Shown here: positions 18,427-29,084 of the stretch, piece after piece
Position numbering within the stretch: position 1 is the first letter of the stretch
Layout: each line of letters starts with the position of its first letter
NCBI GenBank assembly: GCA_016839585.1
Contig: JAEOTZ010000017.1
Location: 34,973-98,972, forward strand
Origin: Promethearchaeota archaeon
Lineage (GTDB): Archaea; Asgardarchaeota; Lokiarchaeia; Sigyniarchaeales; SOKP01
Length of the DNA: 64,000 nucleotides
Direction of reading: 5' to 3'
Made by a program: the position numbers and the translations under genes
Notes under the pieces: generated by a model
The model's input: only the letters and a program-made list of their open reading frames with translations
Told to the model about the DNA's origin: nothing
Databases searched by the model: none

Positions 18427-20310
18427 TTAGCTCATCCTTCTTTTTCTAATATATACTACAACTGCAACGCCAATCACTGCTCCTCCACCAACAGTCGTTG
18501 TTAGAATTATTAATTCGAAAGGAATTTCTGGTTCTTCATTTTTCTTTACTTTTTCTATAATTACTTCACTATGCCCAATATTTCCTACGAGGTCTTTAGC
18601 CCAAAACTCCATTGATATGCTACCATATGAAGCAGCTTCCCATGCAGTTTGATTTATTGTCCCTGTCTCGTGAATAATACTGAAGTTAGTAATACCATTA
18701 TCAATAGTATACCATATTGAATCCAAATTTGGTTCTATGAGTGAGATATCATAATTAGGAGCGTCATCACTGAATTTTTCTCCTTGAGAGGGTTTATTTA
18801 TAGTAATTTTAGGGTCATCAATATCTTTAAAGATTGTAACCTCAGCATGTCCTTTTTTACTAAAGGTATTATTCGCCCAAAATGTAATATTTATCCAACT
18901 AGTTCCTTCTTTTTCCCATTCTGTTTGGTTTATTGTTCCAATCAGTCCACTAAATATAATATTAGATAATCCATCATCTAACGTATACCATGTAGAATCT
19001 AAATTTGGTTCAAGAACAGAAATATTGAAAGTTGGTGCTAAAATTCCAAATAACTCATTTTGTTGTGGCGAATTAATTACAACTTCTGGAATCTTACAAT
19101 ACTTCACCAAAGCAATATCTTCAAGACCAACTTCTGTTATTCCCCCGAAATACACATTTTCTGATGAATCCAATGCTATTCCAAAACCCATATCTCTTAA
19201 ACTTCCGCCCCATGTGTAATACCATTGCTCCTCACCAAGAGAATTATATTTCACGAGAGTCATGTCAAACAATCCCGTACCAAAACCAACTGTTGTCCCT
19301 GCAAAGTAAATATTATCCGAAGAATCCACCGCTATTCTGTTACCATAATCGGTACTAATTCCGCCCCATGTACGATACCACTGCTGCACACCAGTACTAT
19401 CATATTTAAGTAAAACCATATCGCTATCTCCCGCTCCAAAACTTCTTGTTCTTCCTGATACATACATGTTATCAGATGAATCTACAGCCACACCCAAACC
19501 ATAATCCCAATTACTTCCGCCCCATGTTTTATTCCATTGCAGTATTCCAGCACTATCATATTTCTCCAAAAGTATGTCTTTAAGTCCTGCTCCAAAATAT
19601 GTGTCTCCTACAAGATAAATATTACCTAATGAATCCAAAGCTAATGACGTACCGAGACTTCCAATTTCACTCTCGGTATTAATCCACTGTAGTACCCCAA
19701 AACTGTCATATTTCACTAGAACAACGTTACCGAAGCTCTCTGTATATCCCGTAATATACACATTATTTGCTGTATCTACAGTTATCCCCAAACCTTCATC
19801 ATCTTCAGTCCCACCCCATGTGCGATTCCACTGTTGTACTCCGTCACTATCGTATTTCACTAGAACAATATCAGAACCTCCTGCGGTGTAACTTTGGGTG
19901 TTCCCTACAAGATAAATAAAGTTTGTTGAATCAACAGCTAAATCCGCACCATAATCGTAATTTACTCCACCCCATGTACGATACCACTGCTGCACTCCAG
20001 CATTATTAAATTTCACCAGAACAATATCAGTCCCACCTGCCCCGTAACTCTCTGTGTATCCCACAACATATATATTATCTAACGAATCTATTGCAACTCT
20101 ACCACCAATATCACTTAAACCACCACCCCAGGTACGATGCCACTCATATTCATGTGAAATGCTTGTAGATGATTTAATTTTAATGTTTCTATTATCTTCA
20201 TCACTTTGTCGATTAGAAATAATATTTTTTCCCTGGAATATAAAGCTAAAACACAGAATTAAAATAAATACCGCTAAATATGTTTTTTTCATTGAGTACT
20301 TTTTTTTCAT
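18427..20310 (-). CDS. SBBP beta-propeller + two Ig-like domains + C-terminal TM
   Basis: Signal peptide, seven WxRTWGG-type repeats, two EPNLDS-WYT-D-G domains, tail IPFELIILTTTVGGGAVIG...RKRR. Confidence 0.88.
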   Translation of the reverse strand: MKKKYSMKKTYLAVFILILCFSFIFQGKNIISNRQSDEDNRNIKIKSSTSISHEYEWHRTWGGGLSDIGGRVAIDSLDNIYVVGYTESYGAGGTDIVLVKFNNAGVQQWYRTWGGVNYDYGADLAVDSTNFIYLVGNTQSYTAGGSDIVLVKYDSDGVQQWNRTWGGTEDDEGLGITVDTANNVYITGYTESFGNVVLVKYDSFGVLQWINTESEIGSLGTSLALDSLGNIYLVGDTYFGAGLKDILLEKYDSAGILQWNKTWGGSNWDYGLGVAVDSSDNMYVSGRTRSFGAGDSDMVLLKYDSTGVQQWYRTWGGISTDYGNRIAVDSSDNIYFAGTTVGFGTGLFDMTLVKYNSLGEEQWYYTWGGSLRDMGFGIALDSSENVYFGGITEVGLEDIALVKYCKIPEVVINSPQQNELFGILAPTFNISVLEPNLDSTWYTLDDGLSNIIFSGLIGTINQTEWEKEGTSWINITFWANNTFSKKGHAEVTIFKDIDDPKITINKPSQGEKFSDDAPNYDISLIEPNLDSIWYTIDNGITNFSIIHETGTINQTAWEAASYGSISMEFWAKDLVGNIGHSEVIIEKVKKNEEPEIPFELIILTTTVGGGAVIGVAVVVYIRKRRMS

Positions 20311-20383
20311 ATTTTTCACTTGTTTTGTTTTCAAAATTGATTTTTATTAGATTTTGACAATTAGAGATTAATTCTCCTAATTA

Positions 20384-20414
20384 TTAAATCAATAAGGAAC
20401 GATTTTTTACAATT
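20384..20414. repeat. 31-bp perfect direct repeat, copy 2
   Basis: Identical to 12037-12067. Confidence 0.9.
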
Positions 20415-20517
20415 ATATAAAAATGCTTATATAAGTTTGTATAATAATAAGATATAACAAAATTTAGATCTCTAAGACGAAAAAGAGAAGATAAATCCAA
20501 AAAACCTCACATGAAGT

Positions 20518-21246
20518 ATGAACCAAGTATCTGTCATCTCTAACATTAGCTTAAAGCACCCAAATGTTCAGGGAGTAATAGAAATTGCCGAGGAAATTGT
20601 TGCAGAAAATAGAGTAGTAACTTTAGATAATTTATATTACAGGGCAAAAAGAAAGTTAAAAATTCCCCGTAGAGGTTTAAAGTCTATAATCCAATACCTA
20701 GTTAATAAGAAAGTGTTGGTTGACCAATCAAGATTTACAAGAAATTCTATTTTATCACACCCTCTTAGAGAGGAAATTTATTATTTTATAAGAGATAATC
20801 TAGGAGTTCATTTATCAACTATTCGAAGACACTTCCAATCTGAGAACACGGGAACAGGTCAATTAGTTTGGCATTTAGATATGTTATTAAAATTTAATTA
20901 TGTAAAGTCGATAAAATTGAAGAATTATTTACTCTTTCTTCCCAAAGATATTGATGATGAAGCTGGTATCATCTATTTTTTTCTTAGAGATGATTTAAAT
21001 TTTAGAATTGTTAAGTTATTATTAGAAAAAAAAGAATTAAAGAGAGCAGATATATATAAGAACTTAGCAGAATCTCGAGAATTAGTGTATTATCATCTAA
21101 ATAATCTAATAGATGATAAGGTGATTGAACTTAAGGAAGATAAATTCGTCTGTATTAATCCTAAGAAAGTATTATTAATTGAATCCATTATTAAAGATTT
21201 AGAGAATATATCAAAAGATAAACTTATAACCAACAAATTGAAGTGA
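20518..21246 (+). CDS. Multi winged-HTH transcriptional regulator
   Basis: REEIYYFIRDNLGVHLSTIRR...GQLVWHLDML and a second RADIYKNL-ESRELVYYHL wHTH. Confidence 0.78.
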   Translation: MNQVSVISNISLKHPNVQGVIEIAEEIVAENRVVTLDNLYYRAKRKLKIPRRGLKSIIQYLVNKKVLVDQSRFTRNSILSHPLREEIYYFIRDNLGVHLSTIRRHFQSENTGTGQLVWHLDMLLKFNYVKSIKLKNYLLFLPKDIDDEAGIIYFFLRDDLNFRIVKLLLEKKELKRADIYKNLAESRELVYYHLNNLIDDKVIELKEDKFVCINPKKVLLIESIIKDLENISKDKLITNKLK

Positions 21247-21252
21247 ATAAAA

Positions 21253-22554
21253 ATGGCATTAAATTGGACACCAGAAGTCATTGCTGGATTTATTAACACA
21301 GGTATATTACTATTTTGTGCTACGCTTACATACACATCACCGAAGACAAAGAAGATCATCTCAGTTGCATACATTAGAATGGCATGGATCTTTCTTTCCC
21401 TGTTTTTTTTATTTGAAGGAGTTTCAATTCTCACGTTAAGTTTAGCAATAACAAGATTTTATACCCTCTTCATGGCAGCAGGAATTATTTTCTTTTTAAT
21501 GGGGATAAACTATACTATGAAAGAGCGTCTATATTCAATCGGTCTAATGGTTGTAGTTATATTATCGCTATCGCTATTATACCTCCCATTTCAAACCGAG
21601 GTTGCAGATATCATAATTGAAGGAGGATATAATACCACAGATCTTCTTGGTATTTACAGTATTATTAGCGACTTATTATTTTTAATTGTAGCCATTTATC
21701 TTTTTGTTTGGGCGATAAAGACATGGAGAAATGCCCCTTTCTTAATAAAGACAGAAGCCACAATATTTTTCTTGGCATTAACTATATCATCAGTAATTAT
21801 GATGATTGTTTATCTTTTTTATTATTTCAATCCTATGTTTATTTTAATATCGGATCTTATATTCGCGGTTGGTATCTTTGCATTTACCTATTCAGTCATA
21901 AGAGAACCAAAGCTACTTTATATCTTACCGTTTGAAATTAGTCGAATTGTAGTAAAAGACAGGGATGGCTTTCCTTTATTCGATCATGATTGGTCAGAAT
22001 CGAAAATTAGTGAGTCTATGTTTACTGGTTTTATTAATGCGGTACAACTAATGAGTGAGGAGGTTATACATAAAGGTGGTGTATTAGATATAGTTTTAAC
22101 TGATGGTATTCTAATACTACGAGAATCAAGATATATTACTGTAGGTTTAGTCGCGTCCAAATCATCTAAGTTATTGAGAACTTCATTAATTAATTTTGCT
22201 AATGAGTTTGAGGAAAAGTTTTCAAAGTTATTAAAAACTTCATGTAGAAACATAGAAGAGTATGATGGAGCATATGAACTTCTCGATAAGTATTTCTCAA
22301 ACTTTCCATCCAAATTAATATCTAGTAAAAAGGATGCTTTATATTTAATTGCGAAATATAAAGAAATTCCACTTGAATTAGAAAATAAGTTAAGAGGTCT
22401 TATTACAGACGAGACTGACTTTGAGAAGATTAAAGAAGAGTTTAGGAAATTTCCTAAAGGTGTTCCATACCACTTCATGAATTTTTATGAAAATAACAAG
22501 GATACATTAGCATTCAGGGATGAAAAAGAATTATCCGATAAAACTCAAGAATAA
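21253..22554 (+). CDS. 7TM membrane protein with cytoplasmic longin-like domain
   Basis: About seven TM segments, then IVVKDRDGFPLF...MFTGFINAV...GLVASK; 6 nt downstream of the wHTH gene. Confidence 0.72.
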   Translation: MALNWTPEVIAGFINTGILLFCATLTYTSPKTKKIISVAYIRMAWIFLSLFFLFEGVSILTLSLAITRFYTLFMAAGIIFFLMGINYTMKERLYSIGLMVVVILSLSLLYLPFQTEVADIIIEGGYNTTDLLGIYSIISDLLFLIVAIYLFVWAIKTWRNAPFLIKTEATIFFLALTISSVIMMIVYLFYYFNPMFILISDLIFAVGIFAFTYSVIREPKLLYILPFEISRIVVKDRDGFPLFDHDWSESKISESMFTGFINAVQLMSEEVIHKGGVLDIVLTDGILILRESRYITVGLVASKSSKLLRTSLINFANEFEEKFSKLLKTSCRNIEEYDGAYELLDKYFSNFPSKLISSKKDALYLIAKYKEIPLELENKLRGLITDETDFEKIKEEFRKFPKGVPYHFMNFYENNKDTLAFRDEKELSDKTQE

Positions 22555-22748
22555 ATATAGCTTGAATGAACTCGAAAAAGTTGATTTCATTTATTGAAAA
22601 TTAGGGAATCATTAATCTTATAATCCTTTTATTGTCTAACATCCATTATATTGTTATGTAACAAAGATTTAAAAATCTAATAAAATAAAAATAAAGAGGT
22701 TTATGTATAAAATGGGTATTATTGAAAGAACGTTAAAAAGAGCAGTTT

Positions 22749-22976
22749 TTGACTAGGTTTTATATTTTTCATGCATATGATCTAGATCAAGGCATTTTAG
22801 AATCAGGTGCACTTGCAGCAATTATTTTCCTTCCATTACTCCATTTCATTCTAATGATCCTTTTTACTCCTGCTATAATCATTTTTAATAGTACAAGTGA
22901 AAAAAGGCAGCAGAATTTGTTAGAATTAGCAAAAGAATTGCAAATTAATCAAGATCTTAAAGAGCTACTAATATAA
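22749..22976 (+). CDS. Small hypothetical membrane protein or fragment
   Basis: One TM segment; TTG start; a short out-of-frame upstream ATG ORF suggests possible decay. Confidence 0.3.
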   Translation: MTRFYIFHAYDLDQGILESGALAAIIFLPLLHFILMILFTPAIIIFNSTSEKRQQNLLELAKELQINQDLKELLI

Positions 22977-23022
22977 AATAGTTTATCAAAAAATTATTAA
23001 CTCTTAATTATTTCTTTTTTTT

Positions 23023-24072
23023 TTATAAATCATCCTTTAATGATTCATATAAAGCTTTGGCAATGTTATAAAAAGCTTGTTCAACATTTTCTCCTGTTAA
23101 GGCTGAAGTTTCTATATATTTAAGGTTCAAATTTCTTGCTATCTTATTTGCTTGTTCAAACCCAACAATTTTTTCATTAATTAAATCACTCTTATTACCG
23201 ATTATAAATCCTATAATTTCTCTTGTCTTTTTCAATTGACTTTCAATATCTTGATACCATCTTGGAATGCTATCAAAAGATTTAGAGTTAGTTAAGTCAA
23301 ATATTAGGAAAACAGCGTCTGTTCCGAGATAAAACTGGCGCCTCATGGTTTCAAACTTTATCTGCCCAGCAATGTCCCAAATCACCAATTGAACAACAGA
23401 ATCATCGATTTTAAAGGTTCGATCTGAAACCACGACTCCTAATGTTGGAATGTACCTTCTTCTAAACGCTTTTTTAGTAAATCTTAAAATTAAAGAAGTT
23501 TTACCAACACCAGGATCTCCACAAATGCTTATCTTAAATTTGTAATCAATAAATTCAGAAGTTTTTCTTGATATTTCAGGAAAAGCTTCCATATCTGGAG
23601 CAGAAGTTTCTTTTACTTTCAACTCATATAATACATTTAATATAACTCTTTCAAGTGTTTTTATCTCGTTTATAATATATTTCATATCTGCTTTTGATTT
23701 TTCTAACATAATGATTTTTGCAGTAATTTCATTAAAAATTAACTCAAGATTATTCTTATATTTATAAAATATAACGTCATCAACATTTTTAAAAAGTACA
23801 GTAATAGCAGATTGACCAATATTACCTCTACGAGATTCATCCTCCCATATTATATATTTAATCAATCCCTTTAAATTTAGTGAAGGAAATGGAAGAATTA
23901 CGAGAGATTCTGGAACCAGACCATGTTCACCAGAAAGAATTGTAATAACTTTTATACTGATATGCATTTGATTTTCAAGAGAAAACTCAGAAGGAAGACA
24001 AACAATAGGATTTGGTCCGAGTTCATCGTTAAGCTCGATATATAAAACCGCAGTTATGATATCTTCTTCCAT
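23023..24072 (-). CDS. uDENN/longin domain fused to Rab-like GTPase (paralog of 10774-11817)
   Basis: LYIELNDELGPNP...DESRRG; GDPGVGKT, WDIAGQ, NKSD, ETSA. Confidence 0.9.
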   Translation of the reverse strand: MEEDIITAVLYIELNDELGPNPIVCLPSEFSLENQMHISIKVITILSGEHGLVPESLVILPFPSLNLKGLIKYIIWEDESRRGNIGQSAITVLFKNVDDVIFYKYKNNLELIFNEITAKIIMLEKSKADMKYIINEIKTLERVILNVLYELKVKETSAPDMEAFPEISRKTSEFIDYKFKISICGDPGVGKTSLILRFTKKAFRRRYIPTLGVVVSDRTFKIDDSVVQLVIWDIAGQIKFETMRRQFYLGTDAVFLIFDLTNSKSFDSIPRWYQDIESQLKKTREIIGFIIGNKSDLINEKIVGFEQANKIARNLNLKYIETSALTGENVEQAFYNIAKALYESLKDDL

Positions 24073-24205
24073 TTTAGATTTTCTCCATTTATAGCTCTTT
24101 ATGAAAGGATTATTTTAATTAAAAAAAATCGTTATTCAATCATATTTTGTATTTTCGCTTTTTTATTTTTTATTGATCGAATTACTTAGAAATATTATTA
24201 AAATC

Positions 24206-24523
24206 TTACTTTTCAGCTTGGGAGAGCTCTAATGCGTTGCCGTTAATGCAATAATACCCCCAACGGAGACCCATTGTTCTAGTAATTGGGCATTGCCCAC
24301 ATAAACAAGCTTTCTTCTCAGTTATTACGGAACTCTTTCCCACCATACAAAAAGCAAGAGATTCTTCTCCAGTTCCCTCATAACTTGGACATTTTCCGCA
24401 ATACTCCCTACACATATATATTATTTGTTCACGACCATTCTTCTGTTGTTTTTCTGACATCTTGCTGTATAGCATTTTCATTTTTTCTTCAAAAGTGGCA
24501 GTTTTGAAATTTTTTTCCGACAT
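24206..24523 (-). CDS. DUF2769-like cysteine-rich metal-binding protein
   Basis: C-CGKCPSY...FC--GKS...CLCGQCP...YYC. Confidence 0.75.
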   Translation of the reverse strand: MSEKNFKTATFEEKMKMLYSKMSEKQQKNGREQIIYMCREYCGKCPSYEGTGEESLAFCMVGKSSVITEKKACLCGQCPITRTMGLRWGYYCINGNALELSQAEK

Positions 24524-24627
24524 TAGTATTATAACACTTTATTTCTTTCTGAATTTGATGTAATTATGAATCAACATGAAAATCTATTAAATTTTATTAA
24601 AAAAAAAGATTGATTTTTTGGCTTTTC

Positions 24628-25332
24628 TTATCTTAAACCCACGTACATAAACCAAAAACTACTCAAGTACCCAATTCTTACGATAATCACCATAAAACCT
24701 GGCGCAGTTAAACCTTCTAAAAGTCCGAAGATACAAAAGCAAAAAACTCCAATTGAGAGAAAATAGAATTTCTTTTTTATTTCGCCTGTTGATTGAAAAG
24801 CTTTATATAAAAATCCAAATCCAAGAAAAATCAATACTGACAATAAAAAACTACCCATTAACATGCCGGCAAGTGTATTCAAATTAACATTATAGTCAAT
24901 TAATCTGTCAGGAGGAGTTGTAGTAGGTTCATCAAAATAGAAAGAACCTAGTGGATCCATAAATATGACGAATTCAAAAACTATGCTTAAAATTAAAAAT
25001 ATTAACACAATATACCACTTTATATTCGGTGTTAGAAGTTCAGCCCCTATAAACATTGATACAATAATTACTGGACCAAACCATATATAGCTTAAAATTC
25101 CAACCAATCCATTCGTATTATCGATGTTATTTTCTGTTAATACAACTAGCAAAAAATCTAAAAACACTCCTAAAAACATAAGACCTGCAAGTAAATTTGC
25201 TAAACCTAAATAGAAAAGAAGTTTTGCTTTCCTTTTTCTTGATACATAAAAAAAGAATAAACCAAAAATTATTCCGAAAATTACCACACCTGAGGCAGTA
25301 ATACCATCGATCCAACCATCTGTAGAAACCAT
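24628..25332 (-). CDS. Stand-alone 7TM protein of the same family as the 7TM-RING proteins (no RING)
   Basis: Shares GW, KLLF-LGLA, SYIW-P, GAELL, DPLGS, LID and KSTG-KK motifs; ends right after TM7. Confidence 0.8.
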   Translation of the reverse strand: MVSTDGWIDGITASGVVIFGIIFGLFFFYVSRKRKAKLLFYLGLANLLAGLMFLGVFLDFLLVVLTENNIDNTNGLVGILSYIWFGPVIIVSMFIGAELLTPNIKWYIVLIFLILSIVFEFVIFMDPLGSFYFDEPTTTPPDRLIDYNVNLNTLAGMLMGSFLLSVLIFLGFGFLYKAFQSTGEIKKKFYFLSIGVFCFCIFGLLEGLTAPGFMVIIVRIGYLSSFWFMYVGLR

Positions 25333-25521
25333 TATGAAATTTCACCAACAAGAATATTAATATTCGATTTTAGTTCGAATAAATTATTTTATTAGTCTTA
25401 ATACAAATATATAATTTTTTCTAAATTATATTAATGAATTGTTATTTTTCTTATTTGATGAGACATAAATAGGATAAAAAGACAAGACTCTTTGAATTTT
25501 TTAAGGTAAAATGAATTTTAA

Positions 25522-25803
25522 CTAATCTTTAATTTTTTCTAAAATTGACAAGATTCTATAGATCGTAGTCCGGCTATGAAAGGGTATGTTTGGATCTTGC
25601 GAGAGATCATCAACCATATACATTATATTGCTCGAAAGAACGCCAGCAGTTTCATCTTCTCTCTTTAACTCATTAATGCATCTTTGAGAGATTCTTTTTA
25701 TATTTCTAGGAACAGAACGATCATTAATCATTCCTTGTAATAACTGTTCCACATTCTCAAAAACTTCCTTAACTTCCTTGCTAAATTCTTTTACCCTTGT
25801 CAT
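25522..25803 (-). CDS. UPF0147 family protein
   Basis: INDRSVPRNIKR...DDLSQDPNIPFHSRT. Confidence 0.9.
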   Translation of the reverse strand: MTRVKEFSKEVKEVFENVEQLLQGMINDRSVPRNIKRISQRCINELKREDETAGVLSSNIMYMVDDLSQDPNIPFHSRTTIYRILSILEKIKD

Positions 25804-25935
25804 AGAACAAAATCACCCAAAATAACGATTATAGTGAATAAAGGGTTTTAATTCTGAAATATTTCTTAAAATATAATTTTTTTGATTTTTTAAGACTTAT
25901 AAAATAAATCATTAATGAAATGATAAAAAAAATCT

Positions 25936-28848
25936 TTAATAAATACCAAATTCACGAATTTTTCGCTGTAAATTTGGAAGTTCATTTACATATTCAGTGA
26001 TCTGACTGTGATATTTATTGAATAACTCGTTGAAATTAATAAATTTACCTTTATCAATCTCTTTTACAAAATCATAAGAAATTTTTTGTATTTCATCAAA
26101 GTTATTATCAAACCGTTCAGTAGTTTCTATTAATCTAGGAATTACTTCCTTTCTTTGTTTTCTTACCATATTTCGAAGTTTACCCCTAGGTATCCTAATT
26201 GTTTCTATTAATTTATCACATTCACTTAAGAATTCATAAGACATTGCTCTCTCCTCATCATCAAGTTTTGCTTCGATAATTTCTGTTCTCCATGTGTTTA
26301 TCCTACCTCTCGCATAAGTATCAAAATTTAATGAAATAGAATCAATTCCTTCACGAACTAGAAATCTAAGAAAATCTGGGTCATCGCTTGGAGCTTGTCC
26401 ACAAATACCTACTTTTCTATTAAATTCATGAGCAATTTTAATTAAATGGCTTACTGATCTCTTAATTGCTTCACTATTTGTATTATAATTATAATAATTC
26501 ATTAAGGGGATCATTTTTTCGTTGTCTCGTCCCACTCCATACGTAAGTTGAGTCAGATCATTAGATCCTATACTGAACCCATCAAAATATTGACTAAATA
26601 TATCCGCACAGATAATATTTGATGGGATTTCAGCCATAACATATACCTTTAATCCATCTTGACCTCTTATTAAACCCTCACTCTTCATAATATCCATTAT
26701 TTTTTGAGCTTCTTCTGGGCTTCTACAAAATGGAAGCATAGCTATTATATTTTTTAGACCCCACTCTCTGGCTTTTTTTATCGCTCTTAATTCTAAAATA
26801 AATGCATTTTGAAACTCATCATGCACATAGCGAGAGCAACCTCGAAATCCTAGCATTGGATTATTCTCTTCACCTTCGTAAATCCAACCACCTATTAGAT
26901 TCGCATATTCATTAGTTTTGAAATCTGAAAGTCTTACAACACATTCAGCAATATCCCCATCAGATAATTCTTTCCAAACTCCAGCAGCAATCGTAGCAAT
27001 TCCTTCTGCCAATTTTTCTATATAAAATTCTTCTTTATTGTCATATCCAACTGTTAATTCTCTGATTTTATCAAGGGTTTTTCTTAATTTCAAGATTTCT
27101 TGACTAAAAGGGTCTTTATGATATAAATCACTTTTTTTAATATTCTCAATTCTTTTTCTTTGTTCTAGTAAAATATCATATCTCATGACTAAAGCTTCAA
27201 AATCTAGTAAAGCATTTGGGTGAATTTGAATCTCATCGTTAATAATAAATTCTAATCTTGCTAAACCTGTTCCGTCTGGATATTTACCAGAAGATAATGC
27301 TCCTTTAGGAATACCCGAATTAATGAGAACCTTAGTTTGTGTATGTGGAAGTTTTGCAAATTCAATTGTATCAAAATCATATTCTACATCTTTTAGCCAG
27401 ATTCTCGGCTCTCCTTGGCTACAATCAATAGTGATATATTCAATACCTTCACGTTGTTTTTCTTTCATTGTTTCTACTATATTATCAGCTCCTACGATAG
27501 ACGCTATATTTAATTCTCTTGAAACTATAGCAGCATGACAGGTAGGCCCTCCTCTTTCAGTGATTACACCACCTAAATTTTGCATATAAGATGTCCAGTC
27601 TGGATTAGTCTCCTCAGTTATTAGAATATCACCATCTTTTAAAAAATGTGCGTCATTAATGGATTCTATTACTTTAACTTTTCCATATCCTATTCTTCTT
27701 CCAATAGCGATACCTGAATTCTCAATTAATAATTCTTCATTAATCAATTTTTCAGGATTCTCAAGAAGATAAAAGATTTCCTCAACATCACCTTTGATGC
27801 TATGAACTGTTTCAGGACGAGCTTGCACCACGTATACTTTACCATTATTTCCAACAGCCCATTCTATATCCATCCTTCTTTCATAATGAGTTCTTATTTT
27901 TTTGGCGTATTCTGCTAATTGTAAAACTTCTTCATCTGTTAAACAATATTGCATCTGATTTTCTTCTGGTACGGATATTATTTCAGTTCCAATCTTTCTA
28001 GTTTCTTTCGTGAAAACCATCATTTTTTCTTTTTTCACCAGCTCACGACGAATAATTCTAAGTTTTTTTGGGTCATGCTTAAAAACAATGAATTCATCAC
28101 CCTTTTCTATTCCTTGTACTATTAATTCACCAAGACCCCAAGTTCCTCTTATAACAACAACATTTGGATTACCAGAATCAGGATCCTCAGTAAACATCAC
28201 CCCTGATGCTTTAACACCACCTAAACCTCCTGCCATTTCTTGAACGCCTACACTTAACTTGACAGCAAAATGATCAAATCCTGCCCTTTCACGATACATT
28301 GTTGCCCTTGTGGTGAAGACTGATGCCATATCTTTTAATATATATTCTAATAATTCTTTTTCTCCCGATATATTCAAATGAGTATCTTGTTGTCCTGCGA
28401 ATGAAGCATCTGGTAAATCTTCTGCTGTTGCTGAACTTCTAACTGCAAATGTTGTTTCATCTCCAATTAGCTTTATTAACTTATGATATGCATCTAAAAT
28501 TTCATCTCCTAGACTATCAGGAATTTTAGCTTGTTCTATCACATAACGGGCATTAGCACATATTTTATCGACCTTTTCGATAGATTTAATATCTTCGCTT
28601 TTTAGCTCATTAGAAATCCTTCTAATATCTCTTGATATTAACTGTCTTAAGGAAACTTCTTTATCTTTTATTGTAAAATAATTTGTATCTAATATATAGT
28701 CATATGCCTTTGCTGTTACCGCAAAACCTAAAGGCACTGGGATTCCAAAACTTAAAAGTTCTCCTAAAGAAGCATTTTTCCCTCCTACTAAAGGCACATC
28801 AGTGTTCCGGACTTCTTCGAAAAACTTTACGTATACATATTCACTCAT
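25936..28848 (-). CDS. ppsA: Phosphoenolpyruvate synthase (pyruvate, water dikinase)
   Basis: VGGKNASLGE, AVRSSATAEDLPDASFAGQQDT, DIEWA, QARPETV, GG-TCHAAIVSRE, NPMLGFRG, FSIGSNDLTQ, GICGQAPSD. Confidence 0.96.
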   Translation of the reverse strand: MSEYVYVKFFEEVRNTDVPLVGGKNASLGELLSFGIPVPLGFAVTAKAYDYILDTNYFTIKDKEVSLRQLISRDIRRISNELKSEDIKSIEKVDKICANARYVIEQAKIPDSLGDEILDAYHKLIKLIGDETTFAVRSSATAEDLPDASFAGQQDTHLNISGEKELLEYILKDMASVFTTRATMYRERAGFDHFAVKLSVGVQEMAGGLGGVKASGVMFTEDPDSGNPNVVVIRGTWGLGELIVQGIEKGDEFIVFKHDPKKLRIIRRELVKKEKMMVFTKETRKIGTEIISVPEENQMQYCLTDEEVLQLAEYAKKIRTHYERRMDIEWAVGNNGKVYVVQARPETVHSIKGDVEEIFYLLENPEKLINEELLIENSGIAIGRRIGYGKVKVIESINDAHFLKDGDILITEETNPDWTSYMQNLGGVITERGGPTCHAAIVSRELNIASIVGADNIVETMKEKQREGIEYITIDCSQGEPRIWLKDVEYDFDTIEFAKLPHTQTKVLINSGIPKGALSSGKYPDGTGLARLEFIINDEIQIHPNALLDFEALVMRYDILLEQRKRIENIKKSDLYHKDPFSQEILKLRKTLDKIRELTVGYDNKEEFYIEKLAEGIATIAAGVWKELSDGDIAECVVRLSDFKTNEYANLIGGWIYEGEENNPMLGFRGCSRYVHDEFQNAFILELRAIKKAREWGLKNIIAMLPFCRSPEEAQKIMDIMKSEGLIRGQDGLKVYVMAEIPSNIICADIFSQYFDGFSIGSNDLTQLTYGVGRDNEKMIPLMNYYNYNTNSEAIKRSVSHLIKIAHEFNRKVGICGQAPSDDPDFLRFLVREGIDSISLNFDTYARGRINTWRTEIIEAKLDDEERAMSYEFLSECDKLIETIRIPRGKLRNMVRKQRKEVIPRLIETTERFDNNFDEIQKISYDFVKEIDKGKFINFNELFNKYHSQITEYVNELPNLQRKIREFGIY

Positions 28849-29084
28849 TATAAGTCAATTATGAGATGTTGTTTAATTTAAAATTTTTTTATTCCTCTAA
28901 TTATAAATTAAACCTTCATAAAAAAAATAAGTATTCTATTAACTGTAAGGAATAATTAATATTAAAAAGAAAAAGAAATATTAAATTTAAGTAAATTCAA
29001 TATGGAATTAACTTAATAGTCAATTTATTATTTTTAAATATGCTTACCCTGCTTTTAGTACTACTAAATAGTAATACACTGAAT

